A DNA stretch of 32,000 nucleotides. It comes from Wallemia ichthyophaga EXF-994. Lineage: Eukaryota > Fungi > Basidiomycota. Position numbers and translations under genes: made by a program. The notes below the pieces were generated by a model, which saw only the letters and a program-made list of their open reading frames with translations, ran no database searches and was not told where the DNA came from. Positions 23,371-32,000 of this stretch are shown here, piece after piece; positions within the stretch are counted from its first letter, which is position 1, and the number at the start of each line of letters is the position of its first letter. The stretch lies in the NCBI RefSeq assembly GCF_000400465.1, contig NW_008806277.1:180001-212000 (forward strand). The letters are read 5' to 3'.

Positions 23371-23743
23371 TTAGTATTTCAAAATGATGTAAAGCGCGTG
23401 AATGATCTGATATAGGTGTGAGCGCGGGAGAGCGAATTCAAAGGAATAAAAAAGCCGCTTACACCAGGAATGTATCCCAAAATGGTCAATAAGATGTTGA
23501 TCCAGAAATCTGCGGCACATCCACGTTCTAAGAACACACCAATTGGTGGTATAAAGATTGCGAAAATAATTCTATAATGTGTGAAATTTGGTAGTCATAG
23601 TGGCTCATAACTCACTTAATGATATCCTGCGTATAGGTCAGCGATCGTCAGCGTAAGAATACTCCCCCACTCACTCTTTAAAATTCATTAGGCTGTGTAC
23701 TCTAACCAACGCTATTGAAAACTTACGAGCAAGTAAAAGGCAT
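23371..23743 (-). CDS. PMP3: Pmp3/UPF0057 plasma-membrane proteolipid, 57 aa (not in the ORF track)
   Basis: Exons 23743-23727, 23675 (1 nt), 23626-23616, 23571-23463 and 23406-23371 total 174 nt. Product MPFTCSDIIKIIFAIFIPPIGVFLERGCAADFWINILLTILGYIPGIIHALYIILKY*. Confidence 0.93.
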
Positions 23744-23900
23744 TCTATAGCCTTAATTAGAAAATAAGCCGTATAAGCCCCTTTGAAACTTACTCTTATT
23801 TATAAAAGCTGATCAACGTAGCACTATAAGCCAAGGCCGCCCGAACTAATTCAAATTCCAACAACTCCATTTAAACGTCATCTACAATTAAAAATAGAAT

Positions 23901-25267
23901 TTAAAGCTTATCATCTCCGAATAGTAAGCTAATAGACTCTCCATTATGTTGTCTCCTGATTGCCTCTCCAATCGTCGCGCTAACATCCATCACGTCAAGT
24001 TTTTCACCCAATTTCTCTTTATTCTCCACTTGGGGAATTGTGTTTGTCACTGCGATCTTTTTTATTGGTAGACTTGGAATTATTTCCATCGCTGATTCTG
24101 ACATTAATCCTATAAATATCATTTCCTCAGCTTGGCATTAGCTACGCATAACGTTCTTCTCACCATGTGATACTATAGCGTACACCGCAGTAGCACCCTT
24201 CTTGGCTAACTCAGTTGAAGCCAACTTCATCGTTTGGGCTGAGACTACCATATCATCAACCAACAGAGCCACCTTGCCTTGTACGTTTCCAACGACTACG
24301 TCCATATGGTCCTCCTCTTTGTCATCGCCATTACGGACTCTTGATCTATGAATCAATCCAAAGTTGACATTCAATCTGTCTGCTAACGCTGTGGCTCTGT
24401 ATTTAAATTGATATTGAGATTCCAATCCCAAAACACCAAACACACCTCTTAGCACCACCTGCATCAGGTGAAAACACCACTGCATTCTCCCAATCTGGAA
24501 CGGATGTCTTGATGTAGTTGATCATAATTGGTTCAGTGTACCTGTACGTGTATCAACTTGAACCCCACATCACAGCTATTATCACTAACAAGTTGTCAAC
24601 TGGGATATCAAAGAATCCCTGAGCAATATTAGCCAATTGAATGATAGAAGTCTTTACCCACTTGAATTTGTGATGCGTGGAGATCCAAAGTGATGACGTG
24701 ATCACATCCAGCAGTGGTGAGCATGTTAGCGACCAATTTAGCAGTCTGATTTGTTAGAAATGTGAATGCCGTAACAATTCACTCACTATTGGTGCTCTTG
24801 ATTTATCCTTTCTGTCTTGTCTAGCGTATGGATAATTTGGGATAACTGCCGTAATACGTCTAGCGGAGGCAGTTTTACAGGCTGAGATGGGAGATCAGGG
24901 CTAGCTGATGGCCTCAATGTCAACCTACCATTTGCCAATATAAGCAACTCCATTAAGCTATCGTTTATATCCCCACATCCAGATTGTATGATGAAAACGT
25001 CTTCCTCTCTAACACTCTCACCGATTCTCACGTTAATCTCTTGATTTGAGAATTTATTTACAACGCAAGGCGATAAATTCAATCCAAGTCTGCGGCTATC
25101 AGATTTTACGCTGATTGCTATTAGCTCATAGCCCACCTCTCAGAGACTTCTTTAGCCAATTCTGGGTGACTGTTGCCTGTAAATTCATCTTCTTAGATTT
25201 CTCACGCTCTATTTTCCTCTACCAGATTAATCTCACCAGTTAATATCTTGATTGTATCAGGCCTCAT
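23901..25267 (-). CDS. Ribose-phosphate pyrophosphokinase (PRS family)
   Basis: [18 protein letters not shown]; [15 protein letters not shown]; PYARQDRK; [18 protein letters not shown]; SPDAGGAKR; VDDM. The specific PRS paralog is not assignable. Confidence 0.93.
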
Positions 25268-25383
25268 TGCTTAAGATAGTGGTCGTTGTGATCAAGCGGA
25301 TGACACAGACCAAAGTAGAATACTTAGAAATTAAATTTATAAATTAAGTTATAACAATTCCTCTGCTAATTATTACTTTCTTC

Positions 25384-26244
25384 TTATTTTTTAAGCTTCT
25401 TTTTTTTCTTGTCTTCCTTAACCGGCGATTCATCGATTGACTTACGCTTTCTGTCTTTCGTGTTTTTCTTGTCTGACTTGTCCTTCTTTTCCTTCTTATC
25501 CTTATTTGGTGATGCTTGCTCGTTTACTGTGCCATCTATTCCACCGGTATCAAAACCTGGTGGTCTGAATCTCCACTTGAGCTTATCGGTTGGCTGTTCA
25601 CGCTTAATTGCACCATCTGAAGATGTGTGTTTCTCAAATTTGGGCGCTTTAAGCATTGGTATGTTGTCAGACAATTGTAATCTATGGTGGATTGGCTTAT
25701 CCACTAATTCATGTCATTATAACAGACACTATGAGCAGACAAGACACTCACCAGTAACCAGTTGACCTTGTTTATTTGGTAGCAACAACTTGAATTGATC
25801 CATTTCATCATTTATCGATGCAGATTCAAATTTGTTCCTTGATTCTTTTGAGTTTGAAGTTAACTGTGAGTGTATACTCATCTCACTGCCTTTGACATCG
25901 ATTGTACCTAATTTATTGTCTTTACTATCGAAATCCAGTTTCATTCCTTTCAAATGCTTTGTCTTTATCTATTCCTGCGTGAGTCTTAACACGGAATAGC
26001 GATAAAACGCACATTCTCTGGTACTCTTAAGCATACGATTTCATAATCATCATCTTTAGCCAGCTTTAACCAATCAACGCTGCTAGATTGATCGACTCCT
26101 TTCAATTTGAAGCCTTTTGGTGGTTTGTATCTACTTGCATTAGAATACAATGACTGTTTGTCGAAATATAACTAACTCATTTAATTGCCTGCTCGTTTCC
26201 TCCTCTCCGACACTCTCACTTGGGCTTCTCTCTGGAGAAGACAT
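25384..26244 (-). CDS. RPA34: RNA polymerase I subunit A34.5
   Basis: YKPPKGFKL..EIVCLRVPEN..KHLKGMKL; QPTDKLKWRFRPPGF; Lys-rich C-terminal tail. Confidence 0.8.
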
Positions 26245-26355
26245 GATAGTAAATTTAAAAGAATACATTTAAATGGCGGCAATTAAAACGTTTCAAAATA
26301 ATTGAAAGATATTTACAGTGTCCTTATTCCATTCCGCTGGGCTCAGCGCTCACGT

Positions 26356-27217
26356 TTAGAGCAAGTAGACTGCTGCACCGAGGATGATTGCACCCATAGC
26401 AGCAAAAGCCTTGCTCTTTGATGCAGATGAGTCATCATCTTTATCACCGCTGCCATTGTCGTTACTGGTGCTTTTGTTGGTGCTGCTGTCACCATTCTCG
26501 TCAATGATGTTCTTCTCGCTGTTGCTGATGTTGTTATCGGTGTTGTTGTAAGATTCGCTGTTATCGTCATAGTCAGCCTTTCCAGTATTAGTTGCGTTGA
26601 GAAGCGTCTCATTGAATGTTCCGGTCATACCAGTGAGCTATTCGAGCTGTCAACTACGCAATAAAGATTCAATAATTATCACTCACTCCAAATATTCCTG
26701 TGTATGCGATGTAAGGGTAACCATAATTTGACGCTTCTTCGGTCTGAGCTGGGAGACTGTCTGAAACAATGCGAAGAGAGCTGTTTGCTTCTTAGAGATA
26801 GTGTCTTCTAAATAAGCTTTATACTCACTAGAATATTCCATCTTGACCGACGTCTGGATCGATCGTTGTGGTGAATTCTTTTTCAGTCGCGTCGACGGTA
26901 CCAAGTTGGCTCAATGGTACCATAGCCAACTATAAATTCGTCAGAACGCTCCCATTTCTGACTTAAACCAACTCACAGACTCATTTCCTGCGAAGAGGTA
27001 AATATGTGATTGACCAATATCGCTCAAAGTAACATTATCTCCTTTTTGAGTCCATTTCACCGTGTATTCATTGCCTGCCTCAACCTTATCTCCAGAAAGT
27101 GGTTGAGTGATAGCCTGCTTCAAGTCGGCCTCAATGCGTTCGAGTATACATTCAACCCACAAGGTTAGCGAGAGTTTTTGATGCGATTGCAGATAAAGCG
27201 AAAATTGATTTCAACAT
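26356..27217 (-). CDS. Secreted GPI-anchored protein with Kre9/Knh1-like N-terminal domain, copy 1
   Basis: Signal MLKSIFALSAIAS; ITQPLSGDKVEAGNEYTVKW; N/S/D-rich stalk; hydrophobic tail AFAAMGAIILGAAVYLL*. Four introns. Confidence 0.8.
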
Positions 27218-28033
27218 TTTAAACGCAAAAGTTCTGTAACCGTGGTAATCTTGTTGAAAAGAGCGTCTTCGTTGCTTAAATTGTGGTAGGTCCGTGCCAA
27301 GTGTAAGCCCGTGCAGTTAGGTACGCAGGACAAAAAAGCTATCGCATTATACAGTCTCTTTTATCTTTTGTAATACAATTTGCTTCTTTTCTGGCTTGCC
27401 ATCAAGATATTTTGCGCGCGGCCCTGCCAAAGCATGATAAGCCTGAGACATGTTGAGGGTACTTGACAATCACGACGGTTGCAAGCGAATTTTGCAAGGC
27501 TTCATCTAAGTCAATTATGCAGAATGGATTGGCGGAACCATTGAATAGTAAGACTTCCAAGGGGTATAAGCTCCTTAGAGACGGATATCTGTGGCGAGTG
27601 AAAGTAAGTGTCGAGCAGTTCTATTGTGGGCTACCGTCATCGCAAAGGCGCCTCCAGCAGATAAATACGTTGCGCATCTGTTACGCATGGATACCGACAT
27701 TCGTGCTTGTGGTAACACATGCATGGCAAGCTTATACACGCTGAAATAGAGCTAGATCTTTTCAGGTGACTCTGAAAGCCGCAAAACTCCTTCAAGCGCG
27801 AAAATGAGGACGATCTATCTGCCGTCTCGAAACAAAAGAAAGTCACGCTTCGAGACAAGTGTTTATAGCACAGTCTTATGTAAGCACATACTCTAAAGCA
27901 TGTAATGACAGACCTAAGCCTGATCAGAACGACTTCTTGGTCTATTTAGATGGGATGCCTGTGTCAGTCTCTCAAAAACAAATATGTTCACAGCGTCATC
28001 GTCATGAATGTTTAAGCTAATCTGAATATGTAT

Positions 28034-28157
28034 ATCATGTACATAAAATAGTTTACTCGGCCTTTGGAGCTGGCAATGGGGCTTGTGCCTTCTTGCCACG
28101 GACCTTCTTGGCTGGAGCATCCTTCTTTTGGCCTTTAGAAGCGTAAATGGCTGAAAC
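28034..28157 (-). pseudogene. Relic of the RPL28 last exon and stop region
   Basis: Identical to 30179-30302 over 124 nt. The upstream RPL28 exons are missing. Confidence 0.85.
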
Positions 28158-28199
28158 AATGGCAACAACGGTCATCGATATACAACTTACACGATGAGC

Positions 28200-28256
28200 T
28201 GCCTGCTCGTCCTACTCACCGGCAATGTCACTTTAGCTTCTCTCCGAACAAGATAT
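28200..28256 (-). pseudogene. Decayed relic of RPA34 exon 1
   Basis: Aligns to the RPA34 start (26244 downward). ATG is changed to ATA, with in-frame TAA and TAG and a 2-nt gap. Confidence 0.75.
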
Positions 28257-28371
28257 GATGATATTTCAAAATGTATTACTTGTATATAAATGGTTACAAT
28301 TAAAACCGCTTAAAAGGATAAAAAGATATTTACAGTGTCCTTCTACATTCCGCTATTCTCAACGCTCACGT

Positions 28372-29228
28372 TTAGAGCAAGTAGACTGCTGCACCGAGGA
28401 TGGTTGCACCCATAGCAGCGAAAGCCTTGCTCTTTGATGCAGATGAGTCATCATCTTCATCACCGTTGTCACCATTGTCACCGTTGCTGTTGTTGTTGTT
28501 GTTGTTTTTGTCACCGCCTGACTCACCGTTGTTGTCCGAATCGCTATCATCTTCGTTGTCCGAATCGCTATCACCGTCGTTGTTAGCCTTTTCAGCACCA
28601 GTTGCGTTGAGGAGTGTTTCATTGAATGTTCCGGTCATACCAGTGAGCTATTCAAGCTGTTAGTTACACAATAAAACCCTAACGCTCATCAACTTACTTC
28701 GAAAATATCAGAGTACGCAATGTAAGGGTAGTCGTATTGCGCCATTTCTGGCTTTTGAGATTGGAGATTGTCTGAAACGACACGGATCGTGCTATTTTTT
28801 GGTTAGAGGTATTTTGCTCCAAATAGGATATTTACCCACTAGTATGTTCCGTTTTGACCGATTTCTGGATCGATCGTAGTGTTGAATTCTTTCTCAGTAG
28901 CGTCGACGGTACCAAGTTGGGTCAATGGAACCATAGAGTCCTATTCATGTGTCAACAAGCTCTCATTCTTCACTGTACCTAGCTCACAGAGTCATTCCCT
29001 GCGTAGAGGTAGACATGTGATTGGCCAATGTCGCTCAAGGTCACATCCTCTCCTCTTTCTACCCATTCCACTGTATATTCTTCACCTCCTTCAATCGTAT
29101 CACCAGAGATTGGTTGGGTGATAGACTGCTTCAAGTAAGCGTCGATGCGTTTCAGTAAACAATACACCCACAAGTCTAGCGAGAGTTGTTGATGCGATTG
29201 CAGATAAAGCGAAAATTGATTCAAACAT
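28372..29228 (-). CDS. Secreted GPI-anchored Kre9/Knh1-N-like protein, copy 2 (tandem paralog)
   Basis: Same exon structure as copy 1. ITQPISGDTIEGGEEYTVEW; D/N/G-rich stalk; tail AFAAMGATILGAAVYLL*. Confidence 0.8.
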
Positions 29229-30197
29229 TTTAAACGCCAAACTTTTGTATCGGTGGTAGTCCTGTCGCAAGGAATGTCTTCGTTCGTTAGTAATTCCTGA
29301 AAAGGCCAGTGCGTGGGGTAGACCTTCACTTAGGTACGCAATGTAAAAGACGTTGCCACATTCGTGCAGTCTCTTCCTTTCTATTGCGATGCAGCTTGCA
29401 TCTCTTCTAGCCTGTTATTAAAATTTTCTGTGCACGTCCCTAGAAAAGAATGATAGGCCGCCTCTAAAACAAATTGAGTAACTAAGGTGGCAATCGCTTA
29501 AGCAGCCTGCAGGTCGATATAGCTTGCTTCGATCTGAGTCAACTATGTTGAGTCGATTGTCGAGCCTCAGAGTTGGTGATCATTATTGCTTCCGAAGGAT
29601 AAAAGCTGCTCAGTATTCTGTGGCAAGTATATTCGCCGTCAAGCTGTTGTCTGGGGCACTGTTCTCATCGCACACGAACCTCCAGCAGATGAGTAAATTA
29701 CCATGAATACAGACTTTCGTGCTTATAATGGAGATATTGCACATGCATGGCAGACTTGTATAGACTAAAATAGTGCTGGATCTTTCAAGTGACTCTAAAG
29801 CCGCATTCCCCTTTAAGCACGAAAATGAGGGCGATTCGTCTGCCATCCCAAATCGAAGCAAGGTTACGTTACCATTCGAGACAAGTATTTATAGCACAGT
29901 CTTAGATTAGCACGTCGTCTAAATCAGTCTGCTGTATTCACTGATGCGTTGTTAAACCGACTGACTAGCATCGGTACTGGATCTTGCTTCATAATCGCAG
30001 ATTTGCTCTCTCAACAAATTGAAAGGTTGATCGTTTGTTGCAATGGCAAAACTTAGCCAAGGCAGAAGAAGGTCTCATTCTACATAAATTGTTGTATGCC
30101 TGTGTCATAGAGTCTCTCAAAAGCAAATATGTTCACAGCGTCGTCGTCATAAATGTTTAGGTGAATCTGCATATGTAAATCATGTACATAAAATAGT

Positions 30198-30950
30198 TTA
30201 CTCGGCCTTTGGAGCTGGCAATGGGGCTTGTGCCTTCTTGCCACGGACCTTCTTGGCTGGAGCATCCTTCTTTTGGCCTTTAGAAGCGTAAATGGCTGAA
30301 ACCTTAGCAACAGCTGGCTGAAATTGCAAGTTAATACGCAATATAGGAGTCTCAATCGAGAGTATAAACTGAGGTTTAGTTTTATCAATGTCATTCGCTT
30401 GAATGGCCAGAGAGGTACGATGAAGTCTTGAAGACAACACCAATCTGGTAAAGTGATGCGAATATTTTAATATAGCAACACAAATACGCCTGACCTTTCA
30501 AAAAGTATTTCGAGGGGGTTCTAGCGTGTTGCGATCGCAGTTTATACTCTCGATTGGATTGAGGTTTATCACTCACCTTGACAAGATCTGGGCGAGTAGT
30601 AGCAACAACATTGGCAGTTGACTTGTAAGCACGACGCTTTCCTCCAGTGACTTGGGTCTTAGCGAAGCCCTTGTTCCATTGGTTGACTGGGGCCTTGGTC
30701 TTACGAGCAACGATTACAGCACCCTTGTCGTGTGGGTTGACACCAAGAGCCTTTTGACCATTGATGGTTGAAGAGTACTTGTAAGAGTGGTTTGCGAGCA
30801 AGTTACCAGGCTCAGAAGACAACTTGTGGGAACCTGGTGCACTTGGGCGAATGAAAGAGGAAGATTTACGCAACAAGAGCCATTGGAGATCACCTGACAC
30901 TGGAGAATCGTTGTTAATACGTTAAAGCACATTAAATTCTAATTCTAACT
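30198..30950 (-). CDS. RPL28: 60S ribosomal protein eL28
   Basis: MSGDLQWLLLRKSSSFI...SEPGNLLANHSYKYS...RPDLVK|PAVAKVSAIYASK. Intron 1 (30949-30900) splits the ATG. Intron 2 is 30576-30318. Confidence 0.93.
30353..30556. repeat. Perfect 19-bp inverted repeat, arms 30353-30371 and 30538-30556
   Basis: CAATCGAGAGTATAAACTG and CAGTTTATACTCTCGATTG are exact reverse complements. Confidence 0.95.
30386..30533 (-). ncRNA. Intronic box H/ACA snoRNA (predicted) in RPL28 intron 2
   Basis: Hairpin 1 has a GCAACAC/GTGTTGC basal stem. H box ATATTA (ANANNA) at 30473-30468. Hairpin 2 has ATTCGC/GCGAAT and CCAGA/TCTGG stems around a pocket. ACA lies at 30391-30389, with the 3' end inferred 3 nt later. Confidence 0.75.
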
Positions 30951-31228
30951 TTTTTCAAGAGTGCTGTATCGCAAGAGGTTTAGACCAAGCACAAAAACCT
31001 TCACGAGTGAATTTTTTTATTTTAAATATATTCGAATGCTATTTCTTGCTAATCTGCGTGTGTATATATCCTGGCCTCGTCCATCACGCACTCTAAACGA
31101 GGTCTACGCTGTCGTTTGGTCTTCTATTCGACGTCGAGCAGCGCGATCTTATAATCTGCGCCCAAGTATATCGAGTTAAACTTCAAATGATGTCTAGTAC
31201 TCTTTGGGCTGGACGTTCTCTTTCTTAA

Positions 31229-31266
31229 CCAGATGCTAGATGCCAGATGCCAGATGCGAAGATGCG
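31229..31266. repeat. Short tandem heptamer repeat, AGATGC(C/T/G) x5
   Basis: ccagatgct agatgcc agatgcc agatgcg a agatgcg, read directly from the sequence. Confidence 0.8.
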
Positions 31267-31851
31267 CAACCTCTAAAGGCAAAATGTTCTTGTCTGGTTT
31301 GGCTACGAAGAGCATCCATCTTGAAATCCATTTCTCGTTTTTATCTCAAATGTAAAGGTAATAGCACTATACTATTATAAGCGATTCCGACATCTTCCAA
31401 CTTTCGCACAAAATACTTGTTGAAAATCGTTCTAGGTCAGAGCTTTGTGGCTAATTAAGAAGTCCAGTTTCGTTCTCGAACTGCATTGCTTGCATTTCTG
31501 AATTTCCAACTTCGGCAGTGCCTTAGATTCGGCAAAAGATGTAAAGATTTGAGGATATATTTCGGTGTTTATCTCTCTTTATTCATTTGGTGATAGTGTG
31601 AAATGATCTATACTATGTCAGTTTACATAATGCACTTTACAGCTTCGCAGACAATCATTACAGCTCCAAGATAGCCGATAATCACAATGCTCGAAAATTG
31701 TTACAATTATTACTAACAATGCAGCAATGCACTAATCACCATGTTTGTAAAGCCAGCTGCACATTCCAAGCAAAGCAGGGTAGACTTTTCATCAGTAATC
31801 TTAATATTATTCAAAAATAGGTCAATACAATAAAGCGTTCGAGTTCGTAAC

Positions 31852-32000
31852 TTAAGGAGTGTATTCATAGTCTACATCTTCATTTGGTCTTCCGTCAGAC
31901 ATCAGAATGACAGAGTAACGACCGGATAATCTCCAATCCTTCTCTTCCTTGTCCAACTTCTCCGCAACACCTGGTGGTAAACCGACGACGACATCCGACT
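31852..32000 (-). CDS. ARMT1/DUF89 damage-control phosphatase family, 3' end; starts beyond the window
   Basis: SDVVVGLPPGVAEKLDKEEKDWRLSGRYSVILMSDG...TP* resembles the DUF89/ARMT1 C-terminus (DVVVGL...W..sGkY). Confidence 0.7.
   Translation of the reverse strand, partial: SDVVVGLPPGVAEKLDKEEKDWRLSGRYSVILMSDGRPNEDVDYEYTP

Larger units (their letters stand above)
26185..30305. repeat. Diverged tandem segmental duplication; units about 26185-28195 and 28198-30305
   Basis: Colinear similarity across the RPA34 exon 1 region, the GPI gene, the intergenic sequence and the RPL28 3' end. The offset is about 2011-2145 nt. Confidence 0.9.

Noticed and set aside
19428-23743. Salt-stress theme: Usv1-type factor near PMP3; also a possible terpenoid cluster around BTS1
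   Set aside because: The intervening genes are unrelated. No cyclase, P450 or other tailoring genes are present. Proximity is expected in a dense genome.
31320-31850. Possible small gene between RPL28 and the DUF89 gene
   Set aside because: Only a speculative ~55-aa spliced plus-strand ORF with no recognisable motif.
1-32000. tRNA, rRNA, CRISPR arrays, transposons
   Set aside because: No cloverleaf with A/B boxes, no repeat-spacer arrays, and no transposase, RT or terminal repeats seen.

Overview
Very compact, intron-rich fungal genomic DNA. Most introns are about 45-55 nt, GT-AG, with CTRAY-like branch points. Gene content and style look basidiomycete and resemble Wallemia, but that is an inference. 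By manual splicing I support about 21 protein-coding genes: WLM metalloprotease (partial), AA9 LPMO, MFS transporter, ARMH3/DUF1741, SSS1, an orphan TM protein, TMEM256/DUF423, COX17, PRP21, SIF2/TBL1-like, a coiled-coil protein, RSM22, a Usv1/Rgm1-type C2H2 factor, BTS1, RSM27, PMP3, PRS, RPA34, two tandem Kre9/Knh1-N GPI proteins, RPL28 and ARMT1/DUF89 (partial). COX17 and PMP3 are absent from the ORF track. There is also an intronic H/ACA-like snoRNA. Highlights: (1) an apparently obligatory 1-nt exon in PMP3, plus chains of 5-15-nt micro-exons in other genes; (2) a 259-nt RPL28 intron whose snoRNA is clamped by a perfect 19-bp inverted repeat, leaving about 55 nt outside the stem, the normal intron size here; (3) BTS1 and RSM27 start codons only 19 nt apart, head-to-head; (4) a ~2.0-2.1 kb tandem duplication in which an RPL28 relic is 100% identical over 124 nt while the adjacent RPA34 relic has decayed. 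No tRNA, rRNA, CRISPR array or transposon is supported.
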